This document shows positions 1-12,183 of a stretch of 64,000 bases of DNA, in pieces. The stretch comes from Spironucleus salmonicida. Lineage: Eukaryota. Each line of letters opens with the position of its first letter. Positions within the stretch are counted from its first letter, which is position 1. The stretch lies in NCBI RefSeq assembly GCF_000497125.1, contig NC_090596.1, forward strand, positions 682,001 through 746,000, written 5' to 3'. A program made the position numbers and the translations under genes. Below the pieces are notes generated by a model that made no database searches, had not been told where the DNA came from, and saw only the letters and a program-made list of their open reading frames with translations.

Positions 1-1293
1 CGACCGGATTAGCTCCTTGAGCTTCGCGACCGAATCGAAGGCGCTCAAAACGGCCAAATTTTGACATTCCAGCCCGTTCGGCGCCGCCTGGACGCGGAGC
101 GAATTTTTTATCAATTCGCTGATTTTCGAGGGCCGGAATCTGCTCGTTACGTAGCTCTGGCCGTTCTGCTGCTGCGCCAGGACGCTGAGCCGCTAATTCG
201 CGTCCAGCGCGACGATCGGCGACTCGCCCGGCAGCAGGATGCTGAGCACCAGCGTCACCTCGCAGAGCGTAATGCTGAGCTGGTTGACCGTCTTGCAGGG
301 CGCCGTTTGGCGCGGAATTGCGGACTCGATTTGGTCGTCCAATTTGTCGATTCTGAAGACCAAAATCCGGCCTTTGCTGGTGCCCAAAATGAGCACTTTC
401 TGCTAAAGCGATAACAGTTTAACGATTTTCTCGTCTTTCGCGATAACGTTTTCGGGGTGATTTCTGATCAATTTGTAGGGCGGCTGGGTCTTCTGGGTGG
501 TGCGAATGTGGCAGTGGTGGGATAATGCTACTTCGCTCGGGATAAAACTCACCAGGGACTCTTCTTTGAGCACTAGGATTTCGCTGACATCCGCTGCAAG
601 CAGAAAGCTGTAATTTCCGTCTTAGAAAACGCAGTCGAATTTGTTGATTATCTTCTTAACGTTCATTGGGGACTGGATTCTGATCGAAGAGTCGGATACG
701 TTCATCATTGTGTAAATTCCTGGTCCATAAATGCAGAACATATCTGACTTATACTTGTGAAAAGCTAGATTCGTAACTTCTCGTTAAACCTTGAAATTGT
801 GTAAGCATTTAGGTTGTGAAATTGGTATTAAGTTCGTAGAGGGGTTTTAAAACCATTCGGTAACGGAAGGTGGGATTTACCAGGCGACCAGGAAATAATC
901 AGGAGCACCTGTTTAAAAAACAACATACTTGCCATCAAGTGATACTGCTACTCCAATAGCATGTTTTGGTAAAGGTAATGAATCTTATACATATAAAACT
1001 GCAACTTTTTACAACGGCTTTAAAGAAAACAAGTGAGCCTTATACGATGAGGATTCATATTACATAATAGCTAAAAATCTTCTACCAGGGTCCATTCCTA
1101 TACATGCAATGTGTTTATAAGAGTCATCTAAATGAATAAATTTAGACAAATTTGATACATTATCATGAATTTACAAAAATTTACCTGCGAGCTGTATAGT
1201 AGTATTAGCATCATAACCAAAACGAATAGGAAAATCAACAGCTTTCGGATTATTTAAAGCAAACACTGGCTGAATGGTAGGCAACTTTGACAT
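1..1293 (-). CDS. CFAP57/WDR65-like WD40 flagellar protein (runs off the window edge)
   Basis: Frame is open from ATG 1293 to the edge with TAR=Gln and joins track ORFs 1171..1425 and 193..396. SLDGKYVVFQTGAPDYFLVAW resembles the CFAP57 N-terminal WD blade. Confidence 0.6.
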
Positions 1294-1642
1294 TACTTGG
1301 AATGGAAAATTACTTATTTTAAAGATATAATAGGTATATTGTCCGCGATAAACATTTGGCAACGACGAGGGCATCCCGAGCCGCTGCGGCATACTAGGAA
1401 TGCTGAGCAAGCAGGCTTTCCACATTGGCTTGCCTTTCAGTCGTCTCCGGTCACCACCTCGCCCGCTGATGATGGTTGGCGGTACCAGCAGGACAGCATG
1501 GACGCCATTGACCCGCGTAGCCAGCCCTTCAGCTACGGGTGGCAGCTTGTATTAATCTAGATTCTTAGGAATCTTGAACCACAAATCTAGGATTATTATG
1601 CGTAGTGCAACAGAAGATTTGAGAACGTCCCTTCCTTTATCA

Positions 1643-2173
1643 ATGGAACGCGTCAAGCTCCTCGCCCGCGACATCCCAGACTTCCCTACTCCAGGGATCA
1701 TGTTCAAGGACTTCGGACCTGTATTCGCAGACTACGAGGCCTGCGCCTAGCTGCGTTCCGCGCTCTACGCCCAGGTCAAGCATCTGCCCATTACGAAGGT
1801 GCTGATCCTGGAGACGCGCGGCTACCTATTCGGCACTCTACTGGCATAGGACCTCAAGACCGGCGTGGTGCCTGTGCGCAAGGCCGGCAAGCTCCCCGGC
1901 GACACGCTGCAGATCACATACGACCTGGAGTACAAGAAGGGCGAAAAGTGCGAGATCCAGGCGGGGCTGCTCGGTCCCTCCGACATCATTCTCATCCACG
2001 ACGACCTCATCGCCACCGGTGGCACCGTGCAGGCCGCGATCGACCTGGCGCTGAAGGCCGGCGTGAAGGCGGAGAACATCTACGTCAGCTTCATCGGCAA
2101 GATCACGTTCCTCAAGGGCGTGGAGAAGATCAGGAACTTCAAACAGGTGTTCAGCCTGATGGACCTGGACTGA
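1643..2173 (+). CDS. APRT: Adenine phosphoribosyltransferase
   Basis: MERVKLLARDIPDFPTPGIMFKD, ETRGY, VRKAGKLPG, PRPP-binding loop HDDLIATGGT. Two internal TAG codons, TGA stop. Upstream in-frame ATGs at 1598 and 1400. Confidence 0.95.
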
Positions 2174-2224
2174 CCCGTTAATGTTTATTTATTATATAGT
2201 ATCAATCCCAGCCACCCTCGAAAT

Positions 2225-3829
2225 ATGTCCGAAGCCTCCCTCTACGAGCAGATCGTGCGTATCCTCACTGCCAACAACTACGAGGCGCCCGACAACCTCG
2301 TAAACTTCTCCCACGCGCGGTAGGAGTTTCTGCCCACCAGTTTCTCGCGAAACGCCAAGTTCCACGTGGTTGTCGACGGCTCTTACCAGCTCAAGGCGGA
2401 CTACGAGGAACCCAACGTGCAGCACAGTTACGATAAGTAGTCACAGGCCACGCAGACGTAGTTCAAGCTGACGCAGGCCCTGACGGTCCAGACAGCGCAG
2501 GTATCGTTCGCCCACAGCACCGGCATGATATCCCGGAGCGGTATCTATGACCTGTACAGGAAGCCTCGTGCGAAGGCCACGGTGCATACAGCCTTCGACA
2601 AGGAGGTGACGCTGTTCTAAGCGGTGGTTCTGACGGAGCGCATTGTGGCACAGCAGATCGGTCGAAAGACCATCACGGAGTACGTGATGTGGCAAGGTAG
2701 CCGGTAGCAGCCGCACAAACTTCTGTACACCATCAACCAGGTCAAGCAGCAGGTGTCCTGCATCCGGTTCCACCCCCAGCGCAAGGATATATTCGCGGTC
2801 AGCTACGGGAACCGCAACCAGCAGAACACCACGAAGACATCCTACTTCGAAATTTACTCGGTCAACAACATCTTCAATGCGATCTACCGAGTCGAGACCA
2901 GCACCGACGTTATGTGCATGGCATGGTCCCCGTTCTAGTACAACATCATCATCGTGGGGTTCCTCAACGGACAACTGGCCGTGTATCAGATCGACCAGTG
3001 CATCACGCTACTGCAGCGCGTCCATGCCCACGATGAGTTCGTGTCCTCGATCTCCTTCAAGGTCGATCGCAGCCAGTTCATCTCCACCTCGCTGGACGGT
3101 AGCTACAAGCTGTTCGAGATCAAGCAGAGCCAGCTCAGGGAGATTCACTCCGCGAAGATCTACGACAACGGCTACGAGAATGATATCTACGCGAAGAACG
3201 TCCCCACCAGCCAGCGGACGTCCATCCTGGGCGTTATCTCGAGCAAGTTCTGCCAGGACCCCAAGACGTCCTTTCTGATGTTGCTGGGGACGGACTCGGG
3301 GGTGGTGAGGATGCTGTCCTCGAGCCTGTATCTGAGCGTGATTCAGACCTTCATCCAGCACGACATGGCCGTGTACTCGGTCGACTTCAACCATTTCAAC
3401 ACGGACCTCATCGTGTCCGCAAGCGAGGACTTCACTGTCAAGCTCTGGCTCAAGAAAGTCCCCAAGCCGCTGCTTTCGTTCGATCTAGGTGAACCCGTGA
3501 TGTTCTGCCGGTTCTGCGAGGTCAAGTCCACGGTGCTCATCTGCGTCACCACCTCCGGAAAGGTGTGCTTCTTCGACTTCGCCACTGACAAGGACACCTT
3601 CATCGTCCAGATAAACCTCGCTATGGAGGTGTCCACAGTTGAGATCTCGGCAGAGTTCATGATTCTGACTGTCGGGGAGGCCAGCGGGCAGGTCAGCGTG
3701 ATCAAACTGAGCTAGTGGTGGAAGGACTTTGACCTGCGGAAGCTGGAGAACCGCAAAGAGGATATGCGGCGCAAAAACATGGATGCGGTGGCGCAGTTCA
3801 TAGACTAGTGCATGCGCGGTATGAACTGA
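2225..3829 (+). CDS. Axonemal dynein intermediate chain, DNAI1/IC78-like WD40 protein
   Basis: 534 aa with TAR=Gln. RILTANNYEAPDNLVNF N-terminus and WD repeats such as HDMAVYSVDFN...SASEDFTVKLW. Confidence 0.8.
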
Positions 3830-3911
3830 GGTTCGCGGAACACCAGCTCGGACCGCAAATCACAAATTCCTTATTATACGAGCACCCACATTTCACACCA
3901 TTCCACTAAAT

Positions 3912-6900
3912 ATGGAGACCTTGAGAGCGTTTGCGTAGATTATGACTCCTGCCGAGGCAGCTGTGACGGCCGAGACCTTCAAGTTCCCCGAGTCATCTTA
4001 GACCCCTGTTCTGGCCACAGAGCCGTAGGACTTTGATCAGTTCGACGCCTTCCTGGTGGAGTACACTAACATCCAGCTCAAGGAGGATGAGATTCGCTAC
4101 AAGCTAGCGAGCAAGCTCCCAATAGAAGACATTGATGCATACGCGATTAATGTATTCGATAACGACTTAAAGCCCCCTCCGCAGCTGCATGAATCACCAG
4201 CATTCCCGATATACTTTAGACATGCGTAGGCCCCTACTTAGATCGTGTCAAAAGCCGAATTTACAGAGAACTTCAACAGCCTCACCGATAGCATGTTTGC
4301 TAATATCGACATGAGCAATTTTGTTGTCGCAGGAGGTGCAGTTCTATCATGCTTGCTACCAAACTGCCGTTTTTCGAATATTGAGGCATCCCACTAGAAG
4401 TAAATTGGATTGGACATCCAGTAGCCGGTGCCAGCAGACTTATCCGGTCTCAACGGGTTCTTCACCTCGGACATAGACTTGTTCGTAGTTAACTGTACAC
4501 AGGAGGAGGCAAATCTCAAAGTAGACCGACTCATCGAGCAGCTGCAGACCAACTCTGGCTCTAAATTGATATTCCGTTCTAGCTAGGCAGTCTCGCTGCT
4601 CTCAAAGCACCGTGATGTATAGATTATATTCAGAATTTACAACTCGATGTCAGAGATCCTGCTTGGCTTTGATATCGACTCTGCGGCAGTCTGCTACGAC
4701 TTCTAAAGTTAGAATGCGTACTTCACACCGCGTTCTCACTTCGCAATTCTTTCCCGCACCAACGTCCTGAATCAGCTTAGGAGAAGTAAGAACTATGGCT
4801 AACGACTCATTAAATACGCCAATAGGGGGTTTTAGATTGCAATTCCTGGGTTCTCTCGTAACTGCCTGGTCGTTTAAAAGCTTACCAAGAATGCCGACCT
4901 GGTTGATCAGAAATGTCATTTTAGGACTAAAAATGAGCAGGTATACCTGGAGGGCCTGGTTCGATAAGAAAAGACCGGCAACCTGCTATGCTCAAGTGAG
5001 ATTAACCAGATTATCGAGGCTGAAATTGGGAGTTCAGTAAACTTCTTAGGAATCGACTAGAAATTCTATCAACAACAGTGTCGGCTAGTTGGTGTCGTTC
5101 TGTAGAACACTCGAATCGAAAATCGTATATAGAACGAGAAGAACCGTATGGCGCGTAACCTATAGACTGAGGCGAACCGAGGATTCAAACAGTCTATGGC
5201 GGTTGTATAGGGATGTGTTCAGGATGACAAAGTAGGAGAGAACCCGGTGTCGTATAACCTGACTAAACATACAGAGACTGATGTACTCTCACATCAATTT
5301 GCGTTCTAGTCGGATTACTGCATTCCAACGTCATTTGGCTTCCACTCGCAGAATGCTATCGAATATTCTCTGGAACATCCACGTTCCTTACCAAACCTCT
5401 ACATTGGGCCTTATCGCTAGTAGTTTGTTAATTTCGTTATAGAAAACCCAGGAAAGTAGGATCTATTCACATCAAGCTTCCACCCAGACAATTCATATGG
5501 TTTTTATGGAGACCTCAGATTATTTTGCGGGTAAAATGTATTTTTGCGCAATGAAATAGCAACAAAGTAAAGTTTAGAGTTTAAACTCTTTTTCCTAAAT
5601 CACTTCTGTTCTCTACCCCCATAGATTGCTGCTGATATAGTCTAAAGTAAGGAAGAATAGAAAAAGTATGTACAGTATAACCTATATAAGCAAGAAGTCT
5701 CCGGATGTGTTTAAATAAGCCAGCTCCACTCAGTACAAATCAAGATACAACATATGAGATAGCTTATATAGCAATGCTCGGAGATTTGTTGTTAGAGATA
5801 ACTTGACCAGGAAAGCAAGATTGTTATTAAGGATAATGATCGCCAGGTGCTGCGTTGGACCTGGTATTTGTCGGAAACAGAAATTGAGGCTCTTGATGAA
5901 TCTTAGTCCCTGCAGGCGAAACTTGCCAAAAATTACTTCGTCCAGATATTGGAAAGCAAGAAATCTGGCAATCTCCTAGCTGAGTATGAGGAACAGAGCC
6001 GTTGGATCGCTGAATTCGAAAACACTTTCCAATGTGATGTTGCAAAATTATTTTAGCAAGTACTACATGGAGACCAAAGCACAACTGTCCTAGGATAGAC
6101 ATATAATATTCCTAGTAAGGAGGCTATTATTATATTTTTAAATGAGCTTAATCTATTAGCTATTGCTGAGGTAGAGCTATTCGAAATTTAAGGAAATGAG
6201 TTCCAGTAGAGCTATCATGACAGCAGGCTAGATATCCGTTTCGAGGTATCACTCAGTATTGACAACATGGATTATATCAGACAACTGATGACATCCCAAT
6301 TAAGCCATACTTTTATCGCATTAGCAAAGGTGCAGATTTAGCCTGACCTTTCCTATATGCTTATTACGTTTAACATGTCGAATATTTACACTCTTAATGA
6401 ATTACTCCCAGAAGTTAGCTCATTCGATACCATGTTTTTGTTTTATTAGTAGTTCTTAGATATGGTACGCAACCATCTTATCCTGCCATCCAATAGCAAT
6501 TTGTATGTGTTCCGCTAGTCCTTGATATTCTATGATTTTGCTAGGAATGCTCACCAGCATATAGCTCTGGAGCATGCGGATAGTTACCTAACAACTTAGC
6601 TCGGTATAGATGAGAATCTAGTACGCTCGATGAAAACATTTATTCCAAGTACAACAAAATCGCTCGAGCTACCAATCACTCTTATCAGACAACTTCTCTA
6701 TAAGCAAGGTAGAGCCAGCAGCCAACTCATACTAAATTTGAATGGGGCTGGAGTTGATGGTATTCTTCTTCCATTTAAGATTGTCAAAACATCCAATTAA
6801 ACTCTGGAGCTGACGCGTGGTGGAGATTTTCTCAGTACTATTGACCTTTTCAAGCAGATAGGTGATCTTAACTATTAAACGCTGACCACACCACAATTAT

Positions 6901-7277
6901 ATCTTCTGGGAAAGGCAATTGCGTATGCACTATTTAATCAGATTTAGCTAAATCTCACCCACCCACTACCATTGGTGTTTTTTAGATCGATTTTAGTTGG
7001 AAAGTTCTATATGTACAACAAATTTGAGGCAGAGATAGCACGTTTTGACCTTTCAAAATTGAATGTTCACCACGATATCTTAACTGTTAATAATTAGGAA
7101 ATACTTAGAAAAGACATGCATAATGATCAGTTTGACTGTATCTGCGCTAATCAAGAGGCTTCAGGGTGTAAGTTCCGTATAACTAGTATTATTGAGGGCT
7201 TTGAGACCATGGGAGGTATCAGATAGTTTGGCGTTCTCAATGCCGTCTAGGTTGCTAGGGTACTCTCAGGCGAGTGA
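3912..7277 (+). CDS. 1121-aa protein: N-terminal pol-beta-like nucleotidyltransferase plus C-terminal HECT N-lobe-like region
   Basis: Single frame from ATG 3912 to TGA 7275-7277. Motifs VVAGGAVLSCL...SDIDLFV, LLGFDIDSAAVCYD, RRSKNYGQRLIKYANRGF, NPGKQDLFTSSFHP. Tail LLGKAIAYALFNQIQLNLTHPLPLVFFRSIL...IIEGFETM...QVARVLSGE. Confidence 0.75.
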
Positions 7278-7375
7278 TAGCTTAAATAATTTGTAATTAC
7301 GGCAAATATCTTTTTAGGAATTAAATATCGTTTAATATAAATATAATTATAATATATAGTAAATTATTAGTAACA

Positions 7376-7448
7376 ACCTTTATGGTGTAGTGGTTAGCAC
7401 ATAGCATTTACGTTGCTCAGGTCCTGGGTTCAATCCCCAGTAAAGGTA
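7376..7448 (+). tRNA. tRNA-Val (anticodon TAC)
   Basis: 73-nt cloverleaf: acceptor ACCTTTA/TAAAGGT, D arm GTGTAGTGGTTAGCAC, anticodon loop TT-TAC-GT, T arm CTGGG-TTCAATC-CCCAG, discriminator A. Followed by a T-run. Confidence 0.85.
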
Positions 7449-7504
7449 TGTTTTTTAAATTTTCATAATATATAATTTTTCTTCACATAAACAACTATTC
7501 TAAA

Positions 7505-7831
7505 ATGGGAAAATGTTAATCTACTTAATCTTGTTCAGGAGCTCAGATTAGGTTAGAGGAATGCATTCGACCATTACCCAAAGTTACTATTAGCAAAATA
7601 AAAGAGAATCCTATTTTAGAACTTGCATCTGGTTATTTTATAACAAAACCTGAAATTAAAACTAGCTAGATAGAAGAAGATTAACAAAACGAGATTTGTT
7701 TTTACTAGATACCAGCAGATAATATATTTTAATTAAGTTATGAAAAAATTAATGAGTTAGAAAAATAAAATAAGACAATAAAGTCATTTGAAATAGTTGA
7801 TTTAAACATGCGATATAGTGAGGATCTTTGA
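7505..7831 (+). CDS. Hypothetical protein, 108 aa, with MGKCQS N-terminus (possible acylation motif)
   Basis: ATG-to-TGA frame under table 6, AT-rich. Confidence 0.5.
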
Positions 7832-8141
7832 TGCAATTTTTCACTTTCGCAGCTAGTTTAGCAAATACCATAATGATATAATAAATGTATAGATAAAAAT
7901 CATAAAACAAAAATAGTCGTACCAGTAATGATACAATTAATTACTAACACTATTAGAAACATGATATACAAGATTAGCGGAATTAAAGTGCCAGATAAGC
8001 ATGATTAGTAATATTAATAATTAAAAACCTTTATTCGTTTTAGGATAATAAATTATTAACATTTTATAGTATATTTTATGATTTTTAACTATATAATAGT
8101 ATTTCTATATAATTTAAAACAAAATATCTAAAATTCAAAAA

Positions 8142-8690
8142 ATGTCTTTCCCATAAACAGAAAAAATTATATCCACACTTTAATCAGAACTTGAAAGTTC
8201 TTTATAAATACAGAAAGATTTACTTTAATAACTATTAGCACATCAACAAACATAACTTTTGATTAAGTCATTATATGCAGAAAATCTAAATATTTCTACA
8301 AAATAAGAATAAATGAATTTGATACCAATTATTGAAAAATAAAAGATGCGACTAAAAGTAGACTCTACATCAATTTTTCGACATGCGGTGAATCTGAAAG
8401 AACTAAGTAATAATCTAGATTTAGAATTGCATAATTTAAAAGCTAAAGTCCACAAACTGGAAAGTCTAGGTGTCCTGAAAATGGTTAAAAGCAATAAATA
8501 AATTTAATAAAGCTTTAAAGAATTAAATGAAGCAAATCGGTCATACTAAGAGGAGAAGAAATAGTTTCTTCATTTGACTTGTGAAAAATTTATTAGCTAT
8601 TGTGGAGCCAAAGAAGTTAAATCTATGAAGTTAGCATTATAACATAAGAATTAACAAAATTGGGATGAATAAATTAGCAAAATTGAGTGA
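8142..8690 (+). CDS. Hypothetical coiled-coil protein, 182 aa
   Basis: ATG-to-TGA frame under table 6, L/Q/E/K-rich, ends GAG TGA. Confidence 0.6.
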
Positions 8691-8735
8691 AGGTATTACT
8701 AGATTTACGTGCAATTAATAATACTCTTTAAGCTA

Positions 8736-11700
8736 TCACTCGCCTGAGAGTACCCTAGCAACCTAGACGGCATTGAGAACGCCAAACTATCTGATACCTC
8801 CCATGGTCTCAAAGCCCTCAATAATACTAGTTATACGGAACTTACACCCTGAAGCCTCTTGATTAGCGCAGATACAGTCAAACTGATCATTATGCATGTC
8901 TTTTCTAAGTATTTCCTAATTATTAACAGTTAAGATATCGTGGTGAACATTCAATTTTGAAAGGTCAAAACGTGCTATCTCTGCCTCAAATTTGTTGTAC
9001 ATATAGAACTTTCCAACTAAAATCGATCTAAAAAACACCAATGGTAGTGGGTGGGTGAGATTTAGCTAAATCTGATTAAATAGTGCATACGCAATTGCCT
9101 TTCCCAGAAGATATAATTGTGGTGTGGTCAGCGTTTAATAGTTAAGATCACCTATCTGCTTGAAAAGGTCAATAGTACTGAGAAAATCTCCACCACGCGT
9201 CAGCTCCAGAGTTTAATTGGATGTTTTGACAATCTTAAATGGAAGAAGAATACCATCAACTCCAGCCCCATTCAAATTTAGTATGAGTTGGCTGCTGGCT
9301 CTACCTTGCTTATAGAGAAGTTGTCTGATAAGAGTGATTGGTAGCTCGAGCGATTTTGTTGTACTTGGAATAAATGTTTTCATCGAGCGTACTAGATTCT
9401 CATCTATACCGAGCTAAGTTGTTAGGTAACTATCCGCATGCTCCAGAGCTATATGCTGGTGAGCATTCCTAGCAAAATCATAGAATATCAAGGACTAGCG
9501 GAACACATACAAATTGCTATTGGATGGCAGGATAAGATGGTTGCGTACCATATCTAAGAACTACTAATAAAACAAAAACATGGTATCGAATGAGCTAACT
9601 TCTGGGAGTAATTCATTAAGAGTGTAAATATTCGACATGTTAAACGTAATAAGCATATAGGAAAGGTCAGGCTAAATCTGCACCTTTGCTAATGCGATAA
9701 AAGTATGGCTTAATTGGGATGTCATCAGTTGTCTGATATAATCCATGTTGTCAATACTGAGTGATACCTCGAAACGGATATCTAGCCTGCTGTCATGATA
9801 GCTCTACTGGAACTCATTTCCTTAAATTTCGAATAGCTCTACCTCAGCAATAGCTAATAGATTAAGCTCATTTAAAAATATAATAATAGCCTCCTTACTA
9901 GGAATATTATATGTCTATCCTAGGACAGTTGTGCTTTGGTCTCCATGTAGTACTTGCTAAAATAATTTTGCAACATCACATTGGAAAGTGTTTTCGAATT
10001 CAGCGATCCAACGGCTCTGTTCCTCATACTCAGCTAGGAGATTGCCAGATTTCTTGCTTTCCAATATCTGGACGAAGTAATTTTTGGCAAGTTTCGCCTG
10101 CAGGGACTAAGATTCATCAAGAGCCTCAATTTCTGTTTCCGACAAATACCAGGTCCAACGCAGCACCTGGCGATCATTATCCTTAATAACAATCTTGCTT
10201 TCCTGGTCAAGTTATCTCTAACAACAAATCTCCGAGCATTGCTATATAAGCTATCTCATATGTTGTATCTTGATTTGTACTGAGTGGAGCTGGCTTATTT
10301 AAACACATCCGGAGACTTCTTGCTTATATAGGTTATACTGTACATACTTTTTCTATTCTTCCTTACTTTAGACTATATCAGCAGCAATCTATGGGGGTAG
10401 AGAACAGAAGTGATTTAGGAAAAAGAGTTTAAACTCTAAACTTTACTTTGTTGCTATTTCATTGCGCAAAAATACATTTTACCCGCAAAATAATCTGAGG
10501 TCTCCATAAAAACCATATGAATTGTCTGGGTGGAAGCTTGATGTGAATAGATCCTACTTTCCTGGGTTTTCTATAACGAAATTAACAAACTACTAGCGAT
10601 AAGGCCCAATGTAGAGGTTTGGTAAGGAACGTGGATGTTCCAGAGAATATTCGATAGCATTCTGCGAGTGGAAGCCAAATGACGTTGGAATGCAGTAATC
10701 CGACTAGAACGCAAATTGATGTGAGAGTACATCAGTCTCTGTATGTTTAGTCAGGTTATACGACACCGGGTTCTCTCCTACTTTGTCATCCTGAACACAT
10801 CCCTATACAACCGCCATAGACTGTTTGAATCCTCGGTTCGCCTCAGTCTATAGGTTACGCGCCATACGGTTCTTCTCGTTCTATATACGATTTTCGATTC
10901 GAGTGTTCTACAGAACGACACCAACTAGCCGACACTGTTGTTGATAGAATTTCTAGTCGATTCCTAAGAAGTTTACTGAACTCCCAATTTCAGCCTCGAT
11001 AATCTGGTTAATCTCACTTGAGCATAGCAGGTTGCCGGTCTTTTCTTATCGAACCAGGCCCTCCAGGTATACCTGCTCATTTTTAGTCCTAAAATGACAT
11101 TTCTGATCAACCAGGTCGGCATTCTTGGTAAGCTTTTAAACGACCAGGCAGTTACGAGAGAACCCAGGAATTGCAATCTAAAACCCCCTATTGGCGTATT
11201 TAATGAGTCGTTAGCCATAGTTCTTACTTCTCCTAAGCTGATTCAGGACGTTGGTGCGGGAAAGAATTGCGAAGTGAGAACGCGGTGTGAAGTACGCATT
11301 CTAACTTTAGAAGTCGTAGCAGACTGCCGCAGAGTCGATATCAAAGCCAAGCAGGATCTCTGACATCGAGTTGTAAATTCTGAATATAATCTATACATCA
11401 CGGTGCTTTGAGAGCAGCGAGACTGCCTAGCTAGAACGGAATATCAATTTAGAGCCAGAGTTGGTCTGCAGCTGCTCGATGAGTCGGTCTACTTTGAGAT
11501 TTGCCTCCTCCTGTGTACAGTTAACTACGAACAAGTCTATGTCCGAGGTGAAGAACCCGTTGAGACCGGATAAGTCTGCTGGCACCGGCTACTGGATGTC
11601 CAATCCAATTTACTTCTAGTGGGATGCCTCAATATTCGAAAAACGGCAGTTTGGTAGCAAGCATGATAGAACTGCACCTCCTGCGACAACAAAATTGCTC

Positions 11701-12101
11701 ATGTCGATATTAGCAAACATGCTATCGGTGAGGCTGTTGAAGTTCTCTGTAAATTCGGCTTTTGACACGATCTAAGTAGGGGCCTACGCATGTCTAAAGT
11801 ATATCGGGAATGCTGGTGATTCATGCAGCTGCGGAGGGGGCTTTAAGTCGTTATCGAATACATTAATCGCGTATGCATCAATGTCTTCTATTGGGAGCTT
11901 GCTCGCTAGCTTGTAGCGAATCTCATCCTCCTTGAGCTGGATGTTAGTGTACTCCACCAGGAAGGCGTCGAACTGATCAAAGTCCTACGGCTCTGTGGCC
12001 AGAACAGGGGTCTAAGATGACTCGGGGAACTTGAAGGTCTCGGCCGTCACAGCTGCCTCGGCAGGAGTCATAATCTACGCAAACGCTCTCAAGGTCTCCA
12101 T
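8736..12101 (-). CDS. Second copy of the nucleotidyltransferase/HECT-like protein
   Basis: Mirror of 3912..7277. Confidence 0.75.
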
Positions 12102-12183
12102 ATTTAGTGGAATGGTGTGAAATGTGGGTGCTCGTATAATAAGGAATTTGTGATTTGCGGTCCGAGCTGGTGTTCCGCGAACC

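Larger units (their letters stand above)
1324..7286 (+). repeat. Inverted repeat 1, left arm (5963 bp)
   Basis: Reverse complement of 8727..14689 (coordinates sum to 16013). Mirrored ORF-track proteins are identical. Confidence 0.97.

Noticed and set aside
7401-7420. Reading the tRNA anticodon as TTA (a Gln tRNA decoding TAA)
   Set aside because: The stem pairs only with loop TTTACGT, which centres TAC. Discriminator A and the AGGTC variable loop fit Val.
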